From an uncultured bacterium (GTDB taxonomy: Bacteria; Bacteroidota; Bacteroidia; NS11-12g; UBA9320), in contig CAWVTM010000002.1 in NCBI GenBank assembly GCA_963933305.1, forward strand, positions 1-45,245: a DNA stretch of 45,245 nucleotides, written 5' to 3'. Below are positions 17,543 through 26,464 of this stretch, piece after piece. The position numbers and the translations under genes were made by a program. Under the pieces are notes generated by a model. The model was not told the DNA's origin. It searched no databases and worked only from the letters and a program-made list of their open reading frames with translations. Numbering within the stretch: the first letter of the stretch is position 1; every line of letters begins with the position of its first letter.

Positions 17543-20500
17543 ATGAAAAAAGAGATGAGAAAAATAATGTTTGCCGCTGCCATTTTGATGGTGGTAAGCG
17601 TATTTGCAAAGGAAAATGTAAATACAGAAGAGCCGAATAGCACACGTAGTGGGAGTACAAATACTATGAAGATGAAATTTGGTAACGACTGTGATCCTGC
17701 TACTCAGAGTGCAGATTTGGATGTGAATAATGTTCGAACTAAGATTCTAAATGGTGGTGATATGTGGTGGGATCTAAATAACGCTAAATATGAAGTACCA
17801 AAACTGCCTACAGAAACGAATGAGGTGCGAACGCATAGTCTTTTTGCAGGTGCTATATGGATCGGTGGTGAACAAGATGGTGGAAATCTTAAACTGGCTG
17901 CCATGACGTATCGTCAGCGTGGTTCTGATTTTTGGCCTGGACCTATTAATCCAAACACCGGTACCACAGATAAGACGCAGTGTGATCTGTGGGATAAGAT
18001 ATATGAAGTGTCTGGTCAAGAAATCATAGACCATTCTGCTAATTATCAATCAGGCCTCATAGATGATAATATTCAAGACTGGCCCGCACAATATGCACCA
18101 TATAAAGATTTCAATAATAATGGAATCTATGATCCACAAGGAGGAGATTATCCAGTGCTTCAAGATAAATGTAAAGGTGTTGCTATAGCTAATAACCCAG
18201 AAGATCAACCAGATCAAATGCTATGGTGGATTTATAATGATAGAGGAAATATCCACTCTGAGACTCAGGGAGACCCAATAGGTGTAGAGATGCAAACTAC
18301 AGCATTTGCTTTTGCGACGAACGATGAGATCAATGATATGTCATTTTACAGTACTAGAATAGTGAATAGATCTTCATTACCCTTAACTAACACATACTTT
18401 GGCCAGTGGGTAGATGCAGATTTAGGAAACTTTGCTGATGACTATGTAGGTTGTGATGTAGGCCTTTCGTTAGGCTTTTGTTACAATGGTGATGATAATG
18501 ATGAAGGAGTACTTGGGTATGGACTTAATCCACCGTCTGTAGGTGTAGACTTCTTCGAAGGACCAAGAGTAGATACTGTAATTAACGGTATAGATACAAG
18601 TATTGAGCTAGGGATGTCAAAATTTGTCTATTACAATAATGATGCTAGTCCTATAAATGGTAATCCAGCATTAGCTACAGATTTTTATAATTATTTACGC
18701 GGTAAATGGAGAAATGGTTCAGATATTCAGTTTGGAGGTAATGGAGTGATTGGAACAGACGGAACAGATGCAGATTATATGTTTCCATTTGATACAGATC
18801 CTGCTCATCCCAATAAAAATTGGAACGAGAGACAAGCGGGTAATCAACCGGCTGATAGAAGATTTATACAGTCTTCAGGACCATTTGTACTTAATCCAGG
18901 TGCTACCCAACGATTAACAGTAGGAGTAGTGTGGGCACGTACTAATTTTGGTGGTGCTGATGGATCTCTTTTGCTTCTTAAGCAAGCCAGTAGAAAGGCA
19001 CAAATCCTTTTTGATCAGTGCTTTGACCTTGTAGATGGCCCAGATGCCCCAGAAATAGAGGTGCACGAGCAAGATAGACAAATTGTACTTTCATTTGGTA
19101 ATACCGGTACTGAACAGGTAGAGCTTTACAGTGAAAACTTAAATGAAAATGGAGTAGTAAGAAAATATGAATTTCAAGGGTATAGAATATTCCAGTTAAA
19201 AAGTGCCTCTGTTAGTTTATCAGAATTAGACAACCAGTCTAGAGCTAGAGAGATTTTCCAATGTGATGTAGTAGATGACTTTGGAGACCTATTTGAAAAT
19301 GAGTACGATGTAGATGTAGATGCTGATGTGCTTAAATTAAGAGTACGAGCGGCAAACGAAGGTCTAAGTCATACGGTTAGAATAACGGAGGATCAGTTTG
19401 CTACAGGGTCGGACAAGACACTAGTAAACTCTAAGGTATATAACTATATAGTATTATCTTATGCCGCAGCGGATGGTGGAGCACGTAAGCTTTATTTGGA
19501 AGGGCGTAAAGTCAAGAAATTTTCAGCAATGCCACATAAATTAGAGCCTAAGTTTGGTGGTTCTAGTGTGCCTTCTTTTTATGGGGACGGCCCAGAACTT
19601 GAAAGACTTTCAGGCAAGGGAAACGCTAACAATGAATTAGAACTTACACAAGAATCTGTAACTGCTATAATGACAAATAATAGTCTCCTAAATACAAAGT
19701 ATGAAAATGGAATGGGACCTGTCAATATTAAGGTGATTAATCCTTTGAAAGTTCCTTTAGGTGACTTTGAGCTCTCTTTAGTGCAAAAGAATTTTACCGC
19801 TAATACAGGAAATGACGAGGATAGTTTATTTGCAGACAGTACTATGTGGATATTGGTTAAATTACCAAACGATACTGTATTTGCAGATACTACTATAAAC
19901 TATGAAAATGAGCAGGTTATCTTAGAATCTACTACGGGTAAGAAAATACTAGATTGGGGTTTTGCAGTGACCATAAACCAAGTAGCTGAGCCAGGTAGAG
20001 AACCAGGAAGATATGATGATAATGGACTCGTTAACTGGACTGTGACATTCTCAGATCCGAGTAATGAGTGGCTTACGGCTGTAAGAGACAATGACGCTAC
20101 CACAGCACTTCAGTTTGGAGCATTTGACTGGATACGATCTGGAGTTACAGGTCAGGCGGGTAATTATGATGACCCATCTTGGCATGATTACGGTACTTCA
20201 AGATATGGAGCAACTCAACCTCTAGACAGAAATGGAGTATATGAAAGGATTTGGGATGGACGTATAGCTCCGGCCAGACTAGTCTCTAATACCCAAAGGA
20301 GTAATTCGTCTGAAAGAGTAGCTGTAAATGTGCAGCCTATGACATACGGCTATGCTGGATTGGCAGGCATCGGATTAAATAATATAAGTAGTGTAGACAT
20401 TGTAATTACACCAGATGAGACTAAGTGGTCCAAGTGCGTGATCCTAGAAATGGGAGAAGATCCTGGACTTAATGAAGGAGGTGCTCAGAAGTTTGATATG

Positions 20501-21397
20501 AGAACAGGTACTTTGAATTATAAAGGCCAAGACTTACCCGCAGGGCGATCTATATTTCCGGGATATGCTATCAATGTAAGCACAGGTGAGAGACTCAATA
20601 TTATCATAGGTGAAGATTCATATCAGAAAAGTGAAAATGGCAATGATATGAAATGGAACCCTACCTCTAATGCAGGTATAATAAATGGAAATTACGCCCA
20701 ATTCGGTGGAAGGCACTTCATTTACGTGATGGGATCTCATCAAGGTTTATCAGCAGGAATTCATCCTAAATTACCAATCTATGATGAGGGAAATGCGTAT
20801 TATGATCTTTTGAGTACTATGACTTCTTCTAATAGACCGAATAATTTAAGAGCAATATTTCAAAACTGTGATTGGATCATTCCTACGTATATGGAAGAGG
20901 GTAAGCGTATGATTGAAAATGCCGATGGTATCCCCGTCCCACCCAATGAGATGAAGATGAGATTAAGAGTATCTCAAACGTATGGTACTACAAGTCAAAC
21001 TGAAAATGGAGGTCGTCCTAAGTTTAAGTTTGGTACTCAGGATATATATAATGATATCAATGCAGAAAATGGTAAAGCAGCTTTAGACTTAGCTATTATG
21101 ACGCCAAACCCATACTATGCATTCTCTGGATATGAGGGAAGTGCTATTGACAATGCAGTAAAGATCAGAAACCTGCCACCTAAGTGTGATATATCGATCT
21201 ATACCTTGGATGGTTCATTAGTAAGACGTATCAATAAGGATGATGAGTCTACAGAGGTGATTTGGAATTTAAAAAACAATGCGAGTGTGCCCATCGCTAG
21301 TGGTTTATATATCATTCATATTGATGCTGGAGAGCTAGGTGAGAAGATATTGAAATGGATGGGAGTAATGAGAGAGCTTGACCTTGACTCTTTCTAA
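17543..21397 (+). CDS. large secreted protein of unknown function with C-terminal T9SS-CTD-like beta-sandwich
   Basis: 1284-aa ORF starting 36 nt after the barrel gene. Cleavable non-lipoprotein signal peptide (AAAILMVVSVFAKE). No catalytic motif recognised by eye. The last ~99 aa (TPNPYY...IYTLDGSLVRR...WNLKNN...PIASGLYIIHIDAG...GEKILK) resemble a type-A Por secretion tail. Confidence 0.65.
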   Translation: MKKEMRKIMFAAAILMVVSVFAKENVNTEEPNSTRSGSTNTMKMKFGNDCDPATQSADLDVNNVRTKILNGGDMWWDLNNAKYEVPKLPTETNEVRTHSLFAGAIWIGGEQDGGNLKLAAMTYRQRGSDFWPGPINPNTGTTDKTQCDLWDKIYEVSGQEIIDHSANYQSGLIDDNIQDWPAQYAPYKDFNNNGIYDPQGGDYPVLQDKCKGVAIANNPEDQPDQMLWWIYNDRGNIHSETQGDPIGVEMQTTAFAFATNDEINDMSFYSTRIVNRSSLPLTNTYFGQWVDADLGNFADDYVGCDVGLSLGFCYNGDDNDEGVLGYGLNPPSVGVDFFEGPRVDTVINGIDTSIELGMSKFVYYNNDASPINGNPALATDFYNYLRGKWRNGSDIQFGGNGVIGTDGTDADYMFPFDTDPAHPNKNWNERQAGNQPADRRFIQSSGPFVLNPGATQRLTVGVVWARTNFGGADGSLLLLKQASRKAQILFDQCFDLVDGPDAPEIEVHEQDRQIVLSFGNTGTEQVELYSENLNENGVVRKYEFQGYRIFQLKSASVSLSELDNQSRAREIFQCDVVDDFGDLFENEYDVDVDADVLKLRVRAANEGLSHTVRITEDQFATGSDKTLVNSKVYNYIVLSYAAADGGARKLYLEGRKVKKFSAMPHKLEPKFGGSSVPSFYGDGPELERLSGKGNANNELELTQESVTAIMTNNSLLNTKYENGMGPVNIKVINPLKVPLGDFELSLVQKNFTANTGNDEDSLFADSTMWILVKLPNDTVFADTTINYENEQVILESTTGKKILDWGFAVTINQVAEPGREPGRYDDNGLVNWTVTFSDPSNEWLTAVRDNDATTALQFGAFDWIRSGVTGQAGNYDDPSWHDYGTSRYGATQPLDRNGVYERIWDGRIAPARLVSNTQRSNSSERVAVNVQPMTYGYAGLAGIGLNNISSVDIVITPDETKWSKCVILEMGEDPGLNEGGAQKFDMRTGTLNYKGQDLPAGRSIFPGYAINVSTGERLNIIIGEDSYQKSENGNDMKWNPTSNAGIINGNYAQFGGRHFIYVMGSHQGLSAGIHPKLPIYDEGNAYYDLLSTMTSSNRPNNLRAIFQNCDWIIPTYMEEGKRMIENADGIPVPPNEMKMRLRVSQTYGTTSQTENGGRPKFKFGTQDIYNDINAENGKAALDLAIMTPNPYYAFSGYEGSAIDNAVKIRNLPPKCDISIYTLDGSLVRRINKDDESTEVIWNLKNNASVPIASGLYIIHIDAGELGEKILKWMGVMRELDLDSF

Positions 21398-21425
21398 ATA
21401 GGAATAAGATAAATTAAAAAAATCA

Positions 21426-22505
21426 ATGAAGAAATTAATAATATTATCGATACTAGTATCAGCGAGTGCTACGTTATTTGCCGGGAATCCGGATAGAATA
21501 GGGCAAGCAGGTGCTACACAGCTAAATATCAATGGATTTGGGAGAAGTTCTGGATGGGGATGGGCTGCTGTGAGCGGTGTATCTGGACTAGAAGGAATCT
21601 ACAATAACATAGGTGGATTAGCGCGTACTGACAATACAGAGATTATCTTCTCTCGTACTGCTTGGCTGATGGGTAGTGATATCAATATCAATACATTTGG
21701 GTTTGCACAAAGCATAGGAGGTAGCGGTGCTCTAGGAGTAAGTATAATGAGTTATGACATAGGTGAGATCCCTATTACTACTGCAGAGCAGCCAGATGGA
21801 GGTTTGGGTACTTACAAACCTAGATTTACGAATATCACCGTGGCATATTCTAAGCGATTTACAAAGGAGATTTCAGGAGGTATCGGGTTTAAGGTATTTT
21901 CAGAGTCTATTACTAATGTGAAAGCTCAAGGTTTAGGTATAGACGCTGGTATTCAGTATATCACTACTCTAAAAAGTGATGAAAAAATAAAAAAGAACGA
22001 TGTCAAGTTCGGGGTGTCTTTAAAAAATATCGGTCCAGATGCTAGGTACAGTGGAGATGGTCTCTCTACTAAGCTTACTGATCCAGAGTCAGAGATAGAG
22101 TATACCGTAAATCAACGTGCAGCTAAGTTTAATCTACCTACACTTATGAATATAGGTGCTTCATATGATATCAGATTAGATAAAAATAACGAGACGTATA
22201 ATCATAGAATGACTCCTGCATTCACGTTTACCAATAATGCATTTTCCAATAACCAGTTCACTTTAGGAGGTGAGTATGGTTATAAGACGCTCTTTATGGT
22301 AAGAGCTGCATATGCTTATGAAAACGGGATTACGTCATATGAGACTAGAACTAATGCGTTTACAGGTGTGATGGGTGGTTTTACCTTTGAAGTACCTGTA
22401 AGTAAGGATTCAGAAACGACCTTTGGCTTAGATTACTCTTACCGTCATTCTAATCCATTCGGAGGGTCACACAGTTTTGGTGTAAGACTTAACATAGGAG
22501 AGTAA
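21426..22505 (+). CDS. PorV/PorQ-family-like outer-membrane beta-barrel (divergent paralogue-like)
   Basis: 359-aa ORF starting 28 nt after the previous gene, with signal peptide (SASATLFAG). The N-terminal pattern GQAGATQLNINGFGRSSGWGWAAVSGVSGLEGIYNNIGGLA follows the PorV/PorQ layout (AGAxxLxI...R..G.G.A...NPAGLA). Alternating beta-strand pattern throughout. Confidence 0.55.
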   Translation: MKKLIILSILVSASATLFAGNPDRIGQAGATQLNINGFGRSSGWGWAAVSGVSGLEGIYNNIGGLARTDNTEIIFSRTAWLMGSDININTFGFAQSIGGSGALGVSIMSYDIGEIPITTAEQPDGGLGTYKPRFTNITVAYSKRFTKEISGGIGFKVFSESITNVKAQGLGIDAGIQYITTLKSDEKIKKNDVKFGVSLKNIGPDARYSGDGLSTKLTDPESEIEYTVNQRAAKFNLPTLMNIGASYDIRLDKNNETYNHRMTPAFTFTNNAFSNNQFTLGGEYGYKTLFMVRAAYAYENGITSYETRTNAFTGVMGGFTFEVPVSKDSETTFGLDYSYRHSNPFGGSHSFGVRLNIGE

Positions 22506-22535
22506 TTTCCTATACCTATTAAGAATATTAATTTC

Positions 22536-22577
22536 CAATGTTGTATCTCACTTTCGAGATACAACATTGTTGTTTTA
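22536..22577 (+). terminator. rho-independent terminator closing the three-gene outer-membrane operon
   Basis: Perfect 14-bp stem CAATGTTGTATCTC / GAGATACAACATTG with a 6-nt loop, followed by TTGTTTTA. It lies 31 nt after the stop at 22505. Confidence 0.85.
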
Positions 22578-22595
22578 TAGAAATACAAGGAGAAT

Positions 22596-23066
22596 ATGTC
22601 AATAAACTATATATCACAAAAAGGGTATGACGATTTGAATGAGAATATAGCTCATTTAGAGAAGGTAGAGCGAAAGCGAATTACAGGTCAAATAGCCGAT
22701 GCTAGAGATAAAGGTGATTTATCTGAAAATGCTGAGTATGACGCAGCTAAAGAGGCTCAAGGGTTATTAGAGATGAAAATATCTAAGCTAAAAAATACTA
22801 GAGCCAACTCTAGAGTCATAGACCCTAAGGATGTAGACCTGAGTAGAGTAAATATACAAACGAAGGCACGCTTACTCAATAAGAAAACGAATAAAGAAGT
22901 AACGTATTTCATAGTAGGTGAGAGTGAAGCTAACCTCAAAGAAGGTAAGATATCTGTAAAATCACCAATAGCTGAAGGACTAATGGGGAAAAAGATAGGT
23001 GAGATAGCTGCCATTCAGGTGCCAGCAGGTATAATAGAGTATGAGATACTAGAAGTAAGTATCTAA
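22596..23066 (+). CDS. greA: transcription elongation factor GreA
   Basis: 156-aa ORF with the GreA signature DARDKGDLSENAEYDAAKEAQ and a C-terminal SPIAEGLMGKKIGE domain. Confidence 0.9.
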   Translation: MSINYISQKGYDDLNENIAHLEKVERKRITGQIADARDKGDLSENAEYDAAKEAQGLLEMKISKLKNTRANSRVIDPKDVDLSRVNIQTKARLLNKKTNKEVTYFIVGESEANLKEGKISVKSPIAEGLMGKKIGEIAAIQVPAGIIEYEILEVSI

Positions 23067-23464
23067 TGACCATTTTTGAGAAAGTAGTAGCAGGTGAAAT
23101 ACCAAGCTACAAAATAGCAGAAACGGACGATTTCTTAGCGTTTCTGGATGTGTTTCCGTTGAAAGAAGGGCATACCCTAGTCATACCTAAAAAGGCTGTG
23201 GATTACATATTTGATTTGGAGGATGACACCCTAGCAGAGCTAAATGTGTTTGCTAAAAAAGTAGCCAAGGCTATAGAGTTAGTGGTTCCTTGTAGACGTA
23301 TTGGGGTAGCAGTGATAGGTCTAGAAGTTCCGCATACTCACATACACTTGGTCCCTATAGAGAGCGTAGCGGACATTAATTTTGCGAGTCCTAAGATAGT
23401 AGTGTCAGAAGAGCGAATGAAAGAGCTTGCTTCGCAGATAGCAGAAGCATATACTAAAAGTTAA
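23066..23464 (+). CDS. HIT-family (histidine triad) nucleotide hydrolase
   Basis: 132-aa ORF with the histidine triad VPHTHIHLVP and N-terminal IFEKVVAGEIPSYKI. Its start overlaps the greA stop by 1 nt. Confidence 0.9.
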   Translation: MTIFEKVVAGEIPSYKIAETDDFLAFLDVFPLKEGHTLVIPKKAVDYIFDLEDDTLAELNVFAKKVAKAIELVVPCRRIGVAVIGLEVPHTHIHLVPIESVADINFASPKIVVSEERMKELASQIAEAYTKS

Positions 23465-23465
23465 A

Positions 23466-24062
23466 CTATTTTAGTTTGTCTGGGTTCTTAGCTATGAAAC
23501 TACTCCAACTACCATAACTCTCCGTGGGTTGGATCATTCCAGGTTTATACATGAAATGGTGACAGATGGCGACAGCTACAGCATCTGTGGCGTCTAACTT
23601 ACTGTGATTAGTTTTTAGTTTGAGCAGAGACATTACCATTCCTGCTACTTGTTCCTTGCTTGCTGTTCCTTTGCCAGTTACACTTTGTTTTATACGTTTT
23701 GGTGCGTATTCGAAAACAGGGATATTGCGATTTAGTGCAGCGGCCATACTTACACCTTGTGCCCTGCCGAGCTTCAGCATGCTTTGTGGGTTTTTACCCA
23801 TAAAAGGTGCTTCTAGTGCTACTTCATCTGGTAGGTAAGTTTCCATTAATTGAGTGCATTTTTCGAAGATAGACTTGAGTTTACTCGCATAGTCCTTTTC
23901 TTTACGAAGATCAAATATACCCATACTAATTAGACTCATGTCGTTCTTAGTGATGCCTATTATTCCGTATCCTGCTATATTAGTACCTGGGTCTATTCCC
24001 AGTATTATCTTATCGTAATTGTTATCTTTCGCCACTATTAGCACAAAGGTACTCCATAGCAT
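23466..24062 (-). CDS. ruvC: crossover junction endodeoxyribonuclease RuvC
   Basis: Contains ILGIDPGTNIAGYGII (catalytic Asp), EAPFMGKNPQSMLKLGRAQG and DATDAVAVAICH. Start is uncertain. I chose the ATG at 24062; in-frame alternatives are the GTGs at 24044 and 24035 or the track TTG at 24089. Confidence 0.85.
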   Translation of the reverse strand: MLWSTFVLIVAKDNNYDKIILGIDPGTNIAGYGIIGITKNDMSLISMGIFDLRKEKDYASKLKSIFEKCTQLMETYLPDEVALEAPFMGKNPQSMLKLGRAQGVSMAAALNRNIPVFEYAPKRIKQSVTGKGTASKEQVAGMVMSLLKLKTNHSKLDATDAVAVAICHHFMYKPGMIQPTESYGSWSSFIAKNPDKLK

Positions 24063-24080
24063 CCCTAAGATAATACACAC

Positions 24081-25046
24081 GTGAGCCAAAATAAAACATC
24101 AGTAGGCTATAAACGATTTTACCCATGGCTAAAATGGGTTTTCAGTGCTCTGTCACTCTACTTTTTCTATCAGCAAATAGCTGGGTTAGATTCTAACTTG
24201 ATAGCCGACATAGGAGTTGGTATTCAAAAAAAACCGATACTGTTTTTACTAATAGTAATCTTAGCTTTTGTAAATTGGAATGCTGAAGCTCAAAAGTTTA
24301 AGCTGCTTATAGCGGGAGAGGCTCATTTATCTAACTTCAAATCATTTTTAATTATTCTAGGGGGAATGGCCATCAGTAATTTCACTCCAGCACGTACAGG
24401 CGAGTATATAGGAAGGGGGTTATTGCTTAAGGGACTCAATCCCGTAAAAGTAGTGATTGCCACTGTAGCTGGTAATTTAGCCCAAGTAATGATGACCTAT
24501 TCGCTAGGTTTATTAAGTATAGGAGGGGTATTGCTATGTACAGATTTTGGTGCTGACTTGTTTTCTGAGAATGGCAAACTATCATCTGTTATGGTTTTTA
24601 TGTGTGTGATTATCTTAGTACTCTACTACATTAAAGGTGTGCTGCGTTTAATCAAAAAATACGTACCGAAAAACGTAGCTGATACACTGAATATGATAAA
24701 AAAGTATGACCGTAAGCTTTATCTTGTGGTAGTACAGATAGCATTTATTCGTTACTTAGCATTTGCCACACAGTTTTATCTTCTCCTGCAGTTATTCTCT
24801 GATTTTGCACTGCCCATAGAGGCTCTATTACTCGTTCCTGCAGCATATTTAATGCAGAGTTTAGTGCCCGTCCCAGCTATCTCAGATGTAGGTGTGAGGG
24901 TAGTGGTATCGCAGTTGTTATTTGGTAGTTTTTTACTTGATGCGCCTATTCTGCAGGCAGTTACAAGCCTTTGGTTTATTAACCTCATTTTGCCGGGTTT
25001 ATTTGGCACGGTTTATTTACTTATTAGTACTATACGTCAGAGATGA
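24081..25046 (+). CDS. polytopic membrane protein, UPF0104 / lysylphosphatidylglycerol-synthase transmembrane-region-like
   Basis: 321-aa ORF (GTG start) with about 8 hydrophobic segments. Gene pairing with a GT2 glycosyltransferase is typical of this family. Confidence 0.55.
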   Translation: MSQNKTSVGYKRFYPWLKWVFSALSLYFFYQQIAGLDSNLIADIGVGIQKKPILFLLIVILAFVNWNAEAQKFKLLIAGEAHLSNFKSFLIILGGMAISNFTPARTGEYIGRGLLLKGLNPVKVVIATVAGNLAQVMMTYSLGLLSIGGVLLCTDFGADLFSENGKLSSVMVFMCVIILVLYYIKGVLRLIKKYVPKNVADTLNMIKKYDRKLYLVVVQIAFIRYLAFATQFYLLLQLFSDFALPIEALLLVPAAYLMQSLVPVPAISDVGVRVVVSQLLFGSFLLDAPILQAVTSLWFINLILPGLFGTVYLLISTIRQR

Positions 25047-26143
25047 TAGTCTATATAGCCATAGTATTAGCAGCAGGAGTAGCCTATTATAGCTTACTGA
25101 GTAAGTATAGTGAGCTGTGGTCTGATGTAGAAGAATCAGCATATACTACGAAGCAAAGTTTTAGTGTGACTATCTTGATTCCATTTAGAAATGAGATTAA
25201 AAATCTGCTTACTTTGTTAGATTCTTTAGAACACCTTGAGAGTGCAGAGCACAGTGTACATGTTCTATGTATAAATGATCACTCCACAGACGGTGGAGAG
25301 CAGTTGATAGAAAATTATCAGGGTAAATTAGATATTAGATTAATACACCAAACAGAACGCTCTGGTAAGAAATCAGCCATACGGCTAGGGTGGGAAAAGT
25401 GTACTAGTGATATCATACTCCAGACGGATGCGGATTGTATCCTTCCTGTTCACTGGCTGAAAGCTATGCTTTGTGTATTTAATAACCCAGTTATCAATCT
25501 GGCGTGCGGTCCCGTGCAGTTCCATCATTCAGCTAACTTTTGGAAACGGATAGTAGCTTTGGATTTTGAGGCATTAATAGCTATAGGGGCAGCTCATATA
25601 CAGTGGGGTAAGCCCATGATTTGCAATGCGGCTAACTTAGGGTATCGAAGGAGTTTGGTCTCGGATGTAGATCTAAATGAGAGTACAGCTAGTGGAGATG
25701 ATGTATTTTTATTGCAAAGTGCCTTTCTGAAAGATGCCGAAAGCATTTCTTTTATTAAGAATAAGGATGCTATAGTAAGGACAGAAGGACCAAGTAGCCT
25801 CTCGGCATTTTGGCATCAGAGACTTAGATGGGCGAGTAAAAATGGAGACTATGATATCAAACAAAACACATGGATACTTACTGGTGTCTGGATGTACAAT
25901 GTACTTGTGCTTGGGTCTCTATTGTCTTTTACTGCCGTGGGAGCTACGGCAGGAGCTTTTTTAGTGCTACTGAAGGTGCTAGCAGAAGACAAGTTTTATA
26001 GTGGGTTCACTCCATTTTTTGATAGGGGGCTGTGGTTTACAAACATTCTACTCGGGCAACCGTTTCACCTACTATATATGGCTATTATACCACCACTATC
26101 TCAAGTACTAAAATACAAATGGAAAGAAAGAAAATTACGCTAA
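25043..26143 (+). CDS. family 2 glycosyltransferase (membrane-anchored, processive-type QxxRW motif)
   Basis: 366-aa ORF. Its ATG overlaps the upstream TGA (ATGA). Motifs ILIPFRNE, INDHSTDG, TDADC and QRLRWASK, with C-terminal TM helices. Confidence 0.8.
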   Translation: MIVYIAIVLAAGVAYYSLLSKYSELWSDVEESAYTTKQSFSVTILIPFRNEIKNLLTLLDSLEHLESAEHSVHVLCINDHSTDGGEQLIENYQGKLDIRLIHQTERSGKKSAIRLGWEKCTSDIILQTDADCILPVHWLKAMLCVFNNPVINLACGPVQFHHSANFWKRIVALDFEALIAIGAAHIQWGKPMICNAANLGYRRSLVSDVDLNESTASGDDVFLLQSAFLKDAESISFIKNKDAIVRTEGPSSLSAFWHQRLRWASKNGDYDIKQNTWILTGVWMYNVLVLGSLLSFTAVGATAGAFLVLLKVLAEDKFYSGFTPFFDRGLWFTNILLGQPFHLLYMAIIPPLSQVLKYKWKERKLR

Positions 26144-26409
26144 TAGAGCTTCCTGAGTTGGAAGCTGAGATTTTACAACTATGTATATTCCCAGAAGCCT
26201 TTGAAAGTATAGTAGCTGAGGTGCTCACTGAGACCAAGGTGAGCGTCATAGGAGATGCTGTTAAAAATCTCCTGCATTATAAGTTACTTATAGCAGCTAA
26301 TGAGCAAAACAGTATGCCTTGGCTCTATGATAGCGATAAGATGCGAGAAAGTTCATTTAAGGCTACTGCAAATGGAGTAGAGTGGATGGAGAAGAATGGA
26401 CAACAATAG
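26119..26409 (+). CDS. small hypothetical cytoplasmic protein (96 aa)
   Basis: ATG at 26119 (MERKKITLIELPELEAEIL...). It overlaps the last 25 nt of the GT2 gene in another frame. Composition looks soluble and helical. No family recognised. Confidence 0.45.
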   Translation: MERKKITLIELPELEAEILQLCIFPEAFESIVAEVLTETKVSVIGDAVKNLLHYKLLIAANEQNSMPWLYDSDKMRESSFKATANGVEWMEKNGQQ

Positions 26410-26464
26410 GATGTCTTACTGAGTTACTCAACTGTTTTATTAAGCAGTCATTCTATTATCAACG

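Noticed and set aside
17543-21397. Calling the 1284-aa protein PorU (T9SS sortase), given its size and its position directly upstream of a PorV-like gene
   Set aside because: I could not find gingipain/C25-type His and Cys active-site contexts by eye. The adjacent barrel also deviates from the canonical PorV motif. The possibility is kept as the explicit refutation test rather than asserted.
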